DNA of 64,000 bases from Hormiphora californensis (taxonomy: Eukaryota > Animalia > Ctenophora): contig CM035354.1 of NCBI GenBank assembly GCA_020137815.1, positions 8,723,341 to 8,787,340 of the forward strand, given 5' to 3'. The translations under genes were made by a program, and so were the position numbers. Positions 15,723 through 28,592 of the stretch are shown one piece after another. Position 1 is the stretch's first letter; each line of letters begins with the position of its first letter. Below the pieces are notes generated by a model that did not search any database, was not told the DNA's origin, and worked only from the letters and a program-made list of their open reading frames with translations.

Positions 15723-17041
15723 GTATGTTGCAACGTGGAGACGTTTCCATCTAGTACGAAATTGCTAAATACATATAGACCCCGCTGGCTCAAATAGACG
15801 CACGGCGCGCTCAAACAATTTGCACTGGTCTATTGGGCCGTGCACTGCCGTGAGTTTGTGTCTCGATAGACGCACGCCCTCTGACAGATTTGTGTAAAGA
15901 TCACAAAGAATCACTGGAAACACGATAAAATGACATGAATACACAAAAGGGAGTGTGTGTACAACCAACTACTTAGTAATGCACGGGTCCCGAAGGGAAC
16001 CGTGCGTTACAGCCCTGTAAATCCCGAGCGTCAGCGAGGGGTTTACAGGTATATCTGCACGCAAGGGAGGGAGTTGTGTTCTATAGACCCCGCTGGCGGG
16101 CACCTAGAAGCAAAACATGCACAATTTACGTGGTGCTCAAACAGAGAGCTCACACAAAACGGGTCAAACAGTTGGAAATGGAGCTACAGAGTGTCTCTCT
16201 ACATTCCTACACACTCGTAGCAATCGTTTTAACATATCAAAAGGGTGGAATGCTGAGAGAGATAACCGTTAATTGTGGGTCAAGAGGAACAGTTGCCAAC
16301 AGACTGGCGGGCGCCAAATCTAGACAGAGAGCGTGTACTGTACCCTAACACATAGGAGAGTTTAGATCAGTGTCGGGTTATGACTAGGCGTGATGAACAC
16401 GGACATTATGTGTTAGGGTTAGGGAACGGTCACAGGACCGTCTCCCTTGAGTTATATTAGTGGTAGCATTTATTATTGGATTACGATAGTTTCTATTCTA
16501 CTTTAGTCTTTGTATATAGTTTGTCGTATTCGTACCACATTTTACCCTAAAATGGTTCATATCGGTCATGGTCGGTCACGGTAGTCACAACTTCGATAAC
16601 ATACGCGGGCAGATATTTTCGAGGCAATTAATTTTCGCGATTCGATCAAAATTTACTATTTTCGCGATTTTAATTTTCGCTAATCCCACTGCTACCCCCA
16701 TTTCACGGTCCTAGTTTATTGTCTAATTACGCCAAGAGTGCAGTCATCATTGCCATGAGACACTAGACCTGCTTGGCGTAGACCAATGAAATGTGAGCAA
16801 TTACAATTTCTGATCTGATGAACCGATTGTCGTTGACTTAGTACTAAAAGTAAAAAATGTGTCATCCTGAAATAACTTGCACGAGCTATTTCTGTAAAAA
16901 TCGTCCAAAATATTTTCGCGGAATTAATTTTCGCGGATTTTCCAGCCAAAAATAAAGAGCGAAAATAAAAATCTCACGAAAATTTCTAGTTTTACAGTAT
17001 ACAGCTCAATAGATGCACTGCTCTGCAGTAGTTTTTAACTA

Positions 17042-17213
17042 CAGTCAGACCCCAATTTACCGGGCCCCGATTTACCGGAACCCCGATTTACCGGGAGGAT
17101 AATCTTCCCCCGATATAGGAAATTGACGGTATTTTGCCCCGACATACCGGGCACCCCGATTTACCGGGCAAAACCCTTTCCCCCGATCATCCCGGTAAAT
17201 CGGGGTCCGACTG
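17042..17213. mobile_element. pogo/Tigger-type MITE
   Basis: TA|CAGTCAGACCCC...GGGGTCCGACTG|TA. Confidence 0.8.
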
Positions 17214-17217
17214 TAAG

Positions 17218-17510
17218 TATTTCTCAGTTCTCTTTGTGTGTTTTGATTAGTGTTCTCTCTCTCTTGTTGGTGTGTAATACTTGAAATAAACAACTAAAGC
17301 AGGGTATATAACCCATAAACTCTGACCACTGGCACGTTATAGGTTTAAACCCCTCCGCCTCTCCCTCGGCTCCGCCTCGGGATCGTCGTCGTGATTTAAA
17401 CCAGTTTATCCGCCAGCGGCGGATAAACTCCAGCTAACTTCTCCCAGCGGCGCGCTGGGAGAAAGTTATCTGAAATAACGCGCCAGTGGCCAGAGTTTAT
17501 GCCTCATATA
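17218..17510 (+). mobile_element. Partial non-autonomous Crypton end
   Basis: Near-identical to 18190-18479 and to the reverse complement of 50818-51031. Confidence 0.7.
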
Positions 17511-17549
17511 GTTTTCTGGATGAGTATCGATAACGAAATCCACTTGCAG

Positions 17550-17695
17550 AGTGGTTAAGATCCAAGACATTTTCGATAACCTACAGAACGCAACTGTGGC
17601 TAATGGGGATTCATTGGTTTATTGGTGTGAAGGAAGAGACAGTGATGGAGTTGAAACGTCCTCTCAGACAAAATCAACTGTTACCGCTATACATG
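17550..17695 (+). CDS. Receptor PTP exon D (C-half of the Ig-like domain)
   Basis: ttgcag acceptor; VVKIQDIF...LVYWCEGRDSDG; G|gtaagt donor; phase 2-1 matches exon C. Confidence 0.8.
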
Positions 17696-17804
17696 GTAAG
17701 TATGGCTTTAGGACTGTAACTCACCTGGACAGTAACTCGAAAGTGAGTTAACTCACCTCTCTTGGGAACTCGAGAATTCGGCCGCATACGAGAGTTCACT
17801 AGGT

Positions 17805-18479
17805 TATATACCCTGCTAACTTAAATAATGCGCCAGTGGCGAGAAGTCCCACTAGCGCGCTCTCGATAACCAGCCAGTCCAGCGGCAGATTATTTCCCAC
17901 TGGCAGGTTATTTATTTTTAACTCCTATGTTACATTCAAAGTGTGTGTAAATGATCAGTTCTTACTGAAATACAGAGGGAACACTGTTTGGAAGAGCTTT
18001 ACACACTAAATTGGAGAGAAAGAAACAACACATTCCGTCAATTACTCTATCTTTATTTTCCCTTTTGTTTCACTATCTCAATTCCTCTGTGTTATGTCTG
18101 GCATGCCCCATATCTTGTTATTTCTTTCTCTCTCTCCTTAGTAACTGTTACCAAACAATGTACACTCAATTGAGAGATGTTTTTGACTGTTTCTCAGTTC
18201 TCTTTGTGTGTTTTGATTAGTGTTCTCTCTCTTGTTAGTGTGTAATACTTGTAACAAACAACTAAAGCAGGGTATATAACCTATAAACTCTTGCCACAGA
18301 CGCGTTATAGGTTTAAACCCCTCCGCCTCTCCCTCGGCTACGCCTCGGGATCGTCGTCGTGATTTAAACCAGTTTATCCGCCAGTGGCGGATAAACTACA
18401 GCTACCTTCTCCCAGCGGCGCGCTGGGAGAAAGGTATCTGATATAACGCGCCACTGGCAAGAGTTTATGCCTCATATAT
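17805..18479 (+). mobile_element. Non-autonomous Crypton derivative
   Basis: Both ends match the ends of the recombinase-coding element at 50818-56774. Confidence 0.75.
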
Positions 18480-19179
18480 TCGTCTTAGTAGTGTTAGGGT
18501 TGTCGTTTGGGTTCGATGTTAGGGTTGTATTAGGGTTGGGTTTTACGGTAAAATCCAGGTGAGTTTGAAATTCGACATTTTGTCCTAGCTATCGACATTT
18601 TGTCCTAGCAAAAAATCGAAAAAAGTGCGGACAGAAAGTCACCACAAAATAAGAACTCGACGCCAATTTTCGGACAATAACTCACTTTCGAGTTACTGTC
18701 CAAAATTCAAATTATGAAGCTTTGGTTCAGTGGAAACTGTTTTTCTTGTTTAGTTTCAATCTTGCAGTGACTAAGTTGTTTTTTTCTTGCCCACAACGTT
18801 TTGTGGCTGAGAACTGGCCAAGAAAGTGTCTAAAAGCAAGGTTTTTTCCTATCTGACCAAAATTGCAAAAAAATGAAGTTGGAAAAGGTTTTACGCGAAT
18901 ATGATAGTAATAAAACACAAAATTTAGGCAGAAAGGATAATTAGCCTGGTCAGGAGCCGTTTGAAAATTTGGTACCTCGGAAAGGACACAAAGAATTTCA
19001 CACCTCTTTTGAATGAATTCTTGCGTGTGATAAACTACACGTGATATGAGATATATCACCTCGGATGCAGCACCTCGGATATCAGCCCGCTACTGCGCGG
19101 GTGATATTGGTCTAAAAAACGCAGCGGGCGTTATAAACTCGGGTTTATTGATTATATTTAACCGCTCTTATTGTTACAG

Positions 19180-19434
19180 TCGGTGAGATCACGAAAGACT
19201 TAGCGACATCGTGGTGGTTCGGAAGCACAGTTACCGTGACTTGTTCTACGCCTGGTGAAATTACCACTGTCATGTACAACTCACGTTACTTGACTGGGGA
19301 TCAGATTGCCGGTATTGACGCGGGCACAGTAGTGGTGGAGGTGGTTCTTGACCCTTCATACACTCACGAGCTGGTTTGTGGAACCGAAGTAGGGGGACAG
19401 AAGCACGAGATTGTCTTGAAGGAAAACATTAGTG
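19180..19434 (+). CDS. Receptor PTP exon E (Ig-like)
   Basis: ttacag acceptor; GEITKDLATSWWFGSTVTVTC...ELVCG; G|gtgagt donor; phase 1-1. Confidence 0.8.
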
Positions 19435-19594
19435 GTGAGTGTTCTCTTATTCCGTCTCGCTGTTTGGACCTCTGTATCTAGGTTTATGTACCAATAAATA
19501 TTTAATTTGGTTTGGAAGGCCAAGGATATACCTTGAAAAACTCTTTGGCCTTCAAACCATATGATCAGATGGTATTCAATAAAACTCTTGGCAG

Positions 19595-22335
19595 GTGTTA
19601 TTTCTGGTTTGTACGATGACCGCTGGTGTAAGCAGGGATCAACAGCGATCTTCACCTGTGAAGTTGATGCTCTCTCCGGCTCTGACACCATCACCTACGT
19701 GATAGACGGAGTAAATGAAACCGTGACAGATTCACTGACCCAGGAGATAAACACTACAGAATTGGGGAGGTTTGAGTATAGCTGTTGGAACAACGATCAA
19801 ATTATGGGCGAGACCATCACCATTACAGTAGGCAGCTCGGCCCTAGAGATGTTGAGTACCGAACAGGTTACTACTGGGGGTTCTGTCTCACTTCAGTGCA
19901 CTGCACCTCTTGGCACAACTGTTACCTTCAAGAAAGTGGGAGAGTTGAACCTCGATCTATCTTCATTCACTAGCTCTGTCAGTGACGAGACCCTTGTTAC
20001 ATCCACATTCCTCTTACCCAGCCTGGTATCGTCCTATTCAGGATTTTATTACTGTGATTCGGATAACGGACGGACCTCTGCTGTGCAGATATTACAGTTG
20101 AATCCCATTACAGAGGTACAGGATGTGGCTGTGGGAGATACTGTTACATTAGTTATAGAAGGTATAGCTCCCCCTGGTATTGGACTATCTGCGGGTGACG
20201 GAACCGACACATCAGCTAATATAGACCGTTACGAGACAAGCGATGGAAACACTATGTACGTGGGGACTGTAAGCAGTGCAGGGCAGTATAATTGGATGAC
20301 TTTAGAGGGCGGTGTAGTGGGGGAAGTTGGAATTGCTTACGGCCTGACTGTCAATGCCACAGCTCCAAGATACTACACTGCTGGGCAGGAGGTCCAGGTG
20401 AATTGCGATATGAAGGGGATCCAGGCAACAGTGGCAGTGAGTGTAAACGAGGGGTATTTAGCTGTGTTAGAATATCCTGATGGGATATTGGATAAGGTGG
20501 CAGCGGGGGAGACTATTTCCTACTCTTCATCCCTCAAATTGCCTGTTGGTGAACAGTCAGTAGACGTCACATGCTCGGCAACGGGATCCGGTCTAGCCGT
20601 ACAAGACACAGTTGTGGTTGGGTTCATTGGGTTCCTTGAGTCTATCGATGATCAAACCATGACTGTAGGTGACACAATGCAGTTAACGGCAACAGTGTGT
20701 GGACCAGACGATGAAACTTTCAGTGTTTCTTTACAAATTATTGATGGGGATGATGAAGGCGATCAGTTTGCCTTTGGAGAGGGAACTGGGTGTCTAAATA
20801 TTTCTAGCACTTTCTCGATAACTAAATCACGCTCTAGTTTACTACAGCTGTCTCTTGATACCTCTCAAGGTGACGCAACCAGTAACACATTCTCTCTGAC
20901 CGTTTATGACGACTTGACTGATTCAACTGAGAAGTCGATCAACTATCCGGGAATCAGGACAGAGACTGTCAAAATTGCTTGCAGGATCGTATATGCATCG
21001 CCTCTCGCCCTAGGATGGGCCATAACACAAGATGGCTCTACAACCTATCTCTCCGCAGACTCACCATATGTTCAAAACATTTTCACCGACTTAACAAGTG
21101 TGACAGAGTCTGTTGTCGAGTTTACCATCACAAACCATGTGGAGAACGACACATTCTCAGCTGGGTGCTACATCAACTACAACTCCAGCAGTAGGGGTAT
21201 CTATCATTACACGTTCACGGTACAGAACTACGGACTGGAGCTGAGTGACGAGAGTGCAGCATGGATGAGCAGTTCAAGTCACTCTCTTTCCGAAGTGGGC
21301 CCATATACCAACTCAACTGTATTTTATCCTGATGGGACCCCCCTTACAGACCTCTCCTCTGCGTTCCTCTCAAGTGACATCACCACCCTAACATCCCTAG
21401 TGGAATGGGAGGCGGGTGCAATCACCTCCTATTACCAAATATCTACCGATATAAAGTTGGCGGGAGTTGAAGTATTAGCCCAAAATACAGATACCTTGAT
21501 TCCTGGGGCAAATGTACAACTGACGTGTTACGCGTCTACAACAGATAAACTTATTGTTAACACAGTCTATTGGACGGCAATGTTTGAAAATGGAACGGAG
21601 ACGATATATGTCGATACGGCCCCTAACACTACAAACTATTACACAGTCTCTCTTCCTAACACTACAGGAGAGTCTGTGGAAGTAGAGTGCACAGTTCAGT
21701 ATGGATACACCGACAATACTGTTAGTAATCACACCTCCTCTTTCCAACTAACCACCCAACAAGGCTGCCACATCTCCCCAGTCCTACAAGATGGCTCCAT
21801 CTCAGCCACCTCTCTCATTCTATACCCCGCTGAAAAGGTGACTGTTACCTGCAACAACGGATACCAACTCAACGGCGCCTCTCAGTACACATGTGATGGG
21901 AGTACAGGTCTTATTTGGGACTCTACACCCTCGTGTGTCTCCCTGATATCTTCTCTTTGTCCCGCTGTTGCTCCAGAGAACCACCGCATCAGCTACTCTA
22001 ACGATGAACTGAGTTTGAATTGTGCAGGTGAAGATTATGCACGCTTCCGGGACTCCCAACCAGTCGAGTGTAGTCCCAACCAGGGATGGGTAATCAACAG
22101 AGACCAATCAATTTCAGTGAAGAACCTGAAGGTGTGTGGAGAAATGGTGGCACCCATTTCCAAGGAGGTTGGAGCGGTTGTTACCTACAACAGTGGTACT
22201 CAATACTGCGTTTCTACTAACGAAGAAAACAATGCATATGCTGCATTCCTTAATGAAACTTTACTTGATCAAAACACTAAGCTGGAGCTGGAACTTGATG
22301 GATGTACCTCAACTGCGACTGGATATATTTTGCAG
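19595..22335 (+). CDS. Receptor PTP exon F: 2.7-kb exon with several Ig-like domains and Sushi/CCP module(s)
   Basis: ggcag acceptor within the 936-aa ORF; Ig motifs (VSLQC...SGFYYC, VQLTC...VYW), Sushi (CH...VTVTCNNGYQLNGASQYTC...W..TPSC); CAG|gtatgt donor; phase 1-0. Confidence 0.85.
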
Positions 22336-22448
22336 GTATGTCACACTGAGACAACAAACCAGTGCTGGTAGGTCAAGTCATCATATTTATTGATCCAGTT
22401 CCCATCGAATTATTTTAGTATCTGTTGTTAAAAAAAAAATCCCCACAG

Positions 22449-22644
22449 GTTAACATTCGTGTGCTATATCCCTATTTGGATGAACTGGATGTGATCGATC
22501 TCACCTCACTTACAAGTACGATAAGTGCTAGTGACGGTAACACCCTCAATAGAAGAAAGAGGTCCACCTGGAACTTTGTTACTGTTACCTATACCTACAC
22601 GTTAAACTGCCCCAGTGGTGCCCCTGCCTACGATGATCAATGTG
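22449..22644 (+). CDS. Receptor PTP exon G with a furin-type RRKR site
   Basis: ccacag acceptor; VNIRVLYP...NRRKRST...DDQC; G|gtaagt donor; phase 0-1. Confidence 0.8.
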
Positions 22645-23087
22645 GTAAGTACATCACCCAGAATACCGTCATACTCATTGTACCACTTCGGTGTATCTAT
22701 GAGCCTTAACGGTGCCTGTATTCTGCTGTGGATTAAGTTATGCAGATACAATCTCTCCTTAAAGTAAGAGTGGTGCACCGTGTTTTCTCACAAAACTTAG
22801 TGGATGAACTAGGAGTACCATCAGGACCATTGCTACGGTATCGAAAATTTCTAATTCTGTCTCGTTCATTAGTTAAGACGTAATATGTTCGTTGTTTAAA
22901 CTTTTATGTAATTACTCTATACAGCAAAATCTGTGCGTTGTGGATTGAAATGGATACTTTCATCGTGTTTAGCGTCAAAAAATAGCCGGGGTACCCAATT
23001 ATGGTGTCTCTACCTTGTCTGTGACGCGAGATATCGACAATTATCAAAAACGACAAAAAACGGGAGAAAGAGAGTTTGTTATTTTTG

Positions 23088-23121
23088 GTTTCAAACTTTT
23101 CAACACTACTTTAAACAAATT
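23088..23121 (+). other. Truncated spliced-leader relic
   Basis: GTTTCAAACTTTTCAACACTACTTTAAACAAATT, cut by the MITE at 23122. Confidence 0.7.
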
Positions 23122-23311
23122 GGCAGGTCGGAAGAATCTCGACACACTATTGCAGTACCGTAATAACTCGCTATTACAGTACTGTAATAGCGAGGCCCTC
23201 TAATAGCGAGGCCCTGTAATAACTTGCTATTACAGTACTGTAATAGCGAGGCCCTGTAATAACTCGCTATTACAGTACTGTAATAGCGTGTCGAGATTCT
23301 TCCGACCTGCC
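23122..23311. mobile_element. MITE with internal subrepeats
   Basis: GGCAGGTCGGAAGAATCTCGACAC...GTGTCGAGATTCTTCCGACCTGCC. Confidence 0.75.
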
Positions 23312-25940
23312 GCTAAACTATTATCTGGATCGGGAGGACCATCTGGGGCTGACTCCGATCTATGGAAGCATATGCTGCTATCCAAGAAACTCAGTCCTGC
23401 TTCCGAGCTAGCGCAGGCTATTCCTTGGTGACATTGACACCTAGTGCGTGCGAGATCGAGCTCGCACATAGGTGTCCGCTCCGCCCCCTAAAAAAGGGTC
23501 GTGTCTTTCAAGCCAAATTGCACGTGATCTACTGGACCGATTTGCATCCGGTTTGTCGCAAAAGACTACAAATTGGTCCTAGTTTACTGGAAAATACCCG
23601 AGAAGTTTGTTTGTCAACAGGAAGTGGGTCAAAATTGACACTAAAGTCAAATCTATAATCTGGCTTCCGAGCCTTTTTGCACCACTCCCAGACGGTGTAG
23701 AATGAATCTGAGGGTATCAGAAGATAGGTTGAACTCTTGTGAGTACTGGAAAATACCCGGCATTAATAGCTGATGCTAATTGCATCAACATATCTCCCAA
23801 TATCTTCTAAATCGCATGGGAGTGGTGCAAAAAGGCTCGGAAGCCAGATTATAGGTTTGACTTCAGTGTCAATTGTGACCCACTTCCTGTTGACAGACAA
23901 ACTTCTCGGGTATTTTCCAGGATATTAGGATCATTTGTAGTCTTTTGCGACAAACCGGATGCAAATCGGTCCAGTGGATCGCGTGCAACATCCCTTGAAA
24001 GAAACGTCCCTTTTTTGAGGCGGAGCAGACACCTGTGTATGAGCTCAATCTTGGTCGCGTACGGTGTCTATGTCACCAAGGCTATTCCCACCTTTGCCTT
24101 CAAACTAGCAACAGAACCTACAGATCCAAAACTTTTATCAGCCTATGTTGCATCTCGCTTGGTTCCCCTGAGCAAACGGCCAACAGGTATCAGACCCATT
24201 GGAATAGGGGAAGTTCTGAGGACACTGGCTGGCAAAGTCATTACCCAAGCTCTCAAACCAGACCTGATAGAGTGTACTGCACCCGTCCAGCTGTGTGCAG
24301 GGTTGGAAGGCGGCGTTGAAGCTGCTGTTCACGCTGCTAGAGACTTGTTTGATCTTGAGAGTACTGAGTGTTTATTGTTAATTGATGCGAGTAATGCTTT
24401 TAATTCCCTAAATCGGATCGCTGCTTTGAACAACGTTAAATACACTTGCCCTGAATTTAAGATTTATTTACAAAATACATATGGACTAACTGCGAACCTA
24501 TTTTTATGCGATGGCGAGAACAATAAAGTTTTGAATTCGTCTGAAGGGACAACCCAGGGAGATACTGCTGCCATGCATATGTACGCTTGCTGTTGTCAGA
24601 CACTGACTGTACAGTGTACAGTGTACATCGCGCAACCTACGTGCGAAGAGGTCTTATATGAGACAAGCTTGCTGCCTAATGCCGCTTATACGGTCTGTTG
24701 AGGATAAGGATTCTAAATTGACTCAGATCTTTTACGCAGACGACGGCCTTGGTGGGGGCACTCTCAGCTCTGTAAAAACCTGGTGGGATAAAGTAAAACG
24801 TGATGGACCTGGTTATGGCTATCTCCCAAATCCAGGGAAATCCTCGCTGATTGTGAAACCAGAGTTTGAAGAAGCTGCTCGATCCATGTTCCCTGATGTA
24901 AACATCACTTCTCAGGGCCAGCGCTACCTAGGTTCATACATTGGTACGGAGGAAGGCCAGACCGAGTTTGTGAGAAATGAAATCGTGAAATGGGAGAGCG
25001 AAATTGATCAGATTTGTGATATTGCCCTGAACGAACCTCAGCTTGCATACACTGCATACAACGTCGGACTATCAAAACGTTGGAGCTATCTCATGAGAAC
25101 TACTTCTGGGATTTCGGACCAACTAGGCATTATTGAGGAGAAAATTCATCAGAAGCTCCTCCCGGCAATAACCGGTCAGCCTGTTGTAAATGAAACTTTG
25201 AGATTGGTTGCATCCCTCCCTGTACGGTTCGGAGGTCTAGGAGTGGATAACCCCCAAATAACATCAGACTCAGACTACAGCTTCTCGAAGTTTATCACTG
25301 AGGAGCTCTCAGTTGCAGTCCTAGCTCAACAGGAAACATTTAAAATCAACCAAAAGGAACGAGCAGAGAAGAAAACCCTCATCCACCGAACCAAGAACGA
25401 TATTCATCAGAAGAAAATCGATGAGATCAAAAACATGATGACTACAGCTGAAATCAGAAACCTGGACCTACTCACGCAAAAGGGGGCCTCATCCTGGTTA
25501 ACATGTCTCCCTCTCCAATCTTTGAACTTCACCCTCAACAGGCAGGAGTGGCATGACGCCATGTCAGCCCGTTATAATCTGCCTCTTGTTGGACAGGCCT
25601 TACCTCAGAAGTGTGCATGTGGGGAAGACAACACTATCGATCCCCTCATATCCTGTAAACTCGGAGGTTCTGTTTGTTTCCGACACAACAACGTGAGAGA
25701 TCTCATTGGTCACGAACTGAATCAAGTTTGCATTGGCACTAAGATCGAACCCAATCTGCTAAATGTTCGGGGGTGAATCTACCGGCTGGAACTATTAACA
25801 GCCGATGGCGCCAGACTAGACATCAGTTATAGTCGCGGCTTTTGGTCTGGAATGGACAATATCTATTTCGACGTAAGGATCTTCAATCCAAGGATATCGT
25901 CCAACTCAAACCAGACCATCGCCAAGACATTAAATAAATA
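23312..25940 (+). pseudogene. Disrupted CRE-clade non-LTR retrotransposon (RT + restriction-like endonuclease)
   Basis: GSGGPSGAD (~23330), RPIGIGEVLR, QLCAGLEGGVEAAVH, DASNAFN, EGTTQGD, YADD, LPVRFGGLG, CxC...RHNNVRD, RLDI...FDVR; several insertions and frameshifts. Confidence 0.85.
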
Positions 25941-25961
25941 CCCGATTGACTCTTACTAATA

Positions 25962-26139
25962 CAGTCGGACCCCGATTTAACGGCACCCTCGGGGAAAGGG
26001 TTTTGTCCGTTAAATCGGGGTGTCCGCTAAATCGGGGTCAAATGACAAATACTGTTGATTTTCTATATCGGGGGAAGATTATGCTGCAGTTTAATCGGGG
26101 TGCCGCTAAATCAGGGGCCGTTAAATCGGGGTCCGACTG
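25962..26139. mobile_element. pogo/Tigger-type MITE
   Basis: TA|CAGTCGGACCCCG...CGGGGTCCGACTG|TA. Confidence 0.8.
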
Positions 26140-26327
26140 TAGTTTAGCAGCCTATGGCGCGAGTGCTTACGTCTTAAAAAAACTCATTTAAAATTATTTA
26201 AAAAAAAGTAGCTATAAGGCTAAAACACACTCTTATACTGGTTGTAAGCTAAATTTATTTAACTCATTAATAACAACAATTATATTTAATATTTACCCTT
26301 GATTCCCAGTTCCCCACCTCCCTCCCC

Positions 26328-28592
26328 CACGGCGTGCCTGGTGAAATTTTAACACGACCTAGCATGCAACGGGAAACCACCACTTGTACGTGGTAGCTGA
26401 GGGTCTACAGAATGGCGCTACGGTGCGGGAAAAAACATTCCATTCCCTAAAATCGTTTTTTTTACTTTTATTTGATTTGGGTCAAAATTGGCTATATTAA
26501 ACGTGGTCCCGAAAAATCCATAATGACTTAGCACACGAAATATGTCACCCCTACCTATTTTTGCACGTAGAATCGATTGCCGTTGAAGTCGAATCTCTAA
26601 AATGACTGTAAAATGGTCAAAAGTTGATTTTTTACCATTTTTTGGAGGTTTTTGGCCCCTAAACCATTGAAAACGATGAGATAGGAATTTGAAACTAGTG
26701 CCAATCGTTAAAATGGTCATTTTTCTACCAAGAACCAAGTTTTCGTGTATATCCGATTTATGGTTAGATTTGGGTAAGTTGTTGAAATCTGCCAACTAGG
26801 AGAACCGTAACTTGATTTTCTTGTTTTTTGGATTTTGGCATTTTTGACAAACTTCTGATTGAAATGGTCAATCGGGACCATGCTTAAGTTGTTTATGGGA
26901 CAATTTTCGACTAAAATCCAAGATTTCATACCAATCCAATAACAGATCGTTGATTTATAGAAAATTTAAGTAGGCAAAACGGTCAAAATAAGCAAGAAAA
27001 GTTGTCATTTTGACCGTTTTGCCTACTTAAATTTTCTATAAATCAACGATCTGTTATTGGATTGGTATGAAATCTTGGATTTTAGTCGAAAATTGTCCCA
27101 TAAACAACTTAAGCATGGTCCCGATTGACCATTTCAATCAGAAGTTTGTCAAAAATGCCAAAATCCAAAAAACAAGAAAATCAAGTTACGGTTCTCCTAG
27201 TTGGCAGATTTCAGCAATTTACCCAAATCTAACCATAAATCGGATATACACGAAAACTTGGTTCTTGGTAGAAAAAATGACCATTTTAACGATTGGCACT
27301 AGTTTCAAATTCCTATCTCAACGTTTTCAATGGTTTAGGGGCCAAAAACCTCCAAAAAATGGTAAAAAATAAACTTTTGACCATTTTACAGTCATTTTAG
27401 AGATTCGACTTCAACGGCAATCGATTCTACGTGCAAAAATAAGTGGGGGTGACATATTAGGTCGTTCCATAAAGAATTTCGTGTCCCGATATTTTCGAAA
27501 GTACTCAAGATATTCACATAAACCCTTTTCTAGCTTGTTAATTGAGCTCTTGACTACTCACAACAGTAGTTATTTTGAAATTTTTGATCAGGGGTGGCTC
27601 TCGGCGAACCCGGAAAAAATTGAACTTAAATTGCCGCTGCACGGGAAAAACGCGCATAGTACTGAAACTGCTGTACTTCTTAAATATTGCATTTGTGGGA
27701 TGTTTTATTGCATCAAGCTTGTTCATTAGACAATTATCTTTCGTTTAAGACGTATTAGAAGATCCTAGCTTTATTCGCGGCTGAGCAATGGGCCTCCAAA
27801 AAATTTTGGTAAAAATTGGAAAATTTCACTTCCGGGTCCCATCACGTTTTATGGGAGTGGCTTATAATCAAAAACTTTGCAGTAAAAGATAGTTCTAAGT
27901 AAGTTCTATGCCATAGTGAAGCCAATTATTTGATTTGTCAACATATAAAAGTGACTAATTGACGTTTTCGAAGATACCCCCAAAACAGGCCGAAAATTGA
28001 GGTCAGATTTTGCACTTTTTCGATTTTTGATGTTACATTTACTGTCCTAGAGGTTTTTAGGCAACGCGTCGAGACTCAAATCACATATATATCTCATCCT
28101 TAGACGATGGGCTATCGATTGAGCACTGTAGAAAGTAAAAAATGTGTACCGGCTCTGTTCCAGCGGCGTTTGAAAAACTCTGGGAACCCCGTGCAGCGGC
28201 AGCACGACTTCCGGTGTCATAGCACCAAATTTCGAGCACTTCAAATAGTCGTATACTATTCCAAACATGTTTCCAGGTAGAGAATCGTCCACTGAACAAG
28301 TTAAAACTAGGTAGAAGTCTTTATCTCTAATAGGTCCCAAGATATCGGGACACGAAATTCTTTATGGAATGACCTAATATTTCGTGTGCTAAGTCATTAT
28401 GGATTTTTCGGGACCACGTTTAATATAGCCAATTTTGACCCAAATCAAATAAAAGTAAAAAAAACGATTTTAGGGAATGGAATGTTTTTTCCCGCACCGT
28501 AGCGCCATTCTGTAGACCCTCAGCTACCACGTACAAGTGGTGGTTTCCCGTTGCATGCTAGGTCGTGTTAAAATTTCACCAGGCACGCCGTG
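26328..28592. mobile_element. Chapaev-type palindromic non-autonomous element
   Basis: CCCC|CACGGCGTGCCTGG...CCAGGCACGCCGTG|CCCC; 4-bp TSD; near-perfect arms of ~660 bp centred near 27000. Confidence 0.75.
27458..28376. mobile_element. Academ-like non-autonomous element nested in the Chapaev arm
   Basis: ATAT|TAGGTCGTTCCATAAAG...CTTTATGGAATGACCTA|ATAT; the empty site is present in the opposite arm. Confidence 0.7.

Noticed and set aside
18494-18541. TTAGGG telomere-like repeats
   Set aside because: Only a few dispersed, degenerate units
19561-22371. Stand-alone 936-aa gene
   Set aside because: Internal acceptor and donor sites and matching phases show it is one exon of the PTP gene
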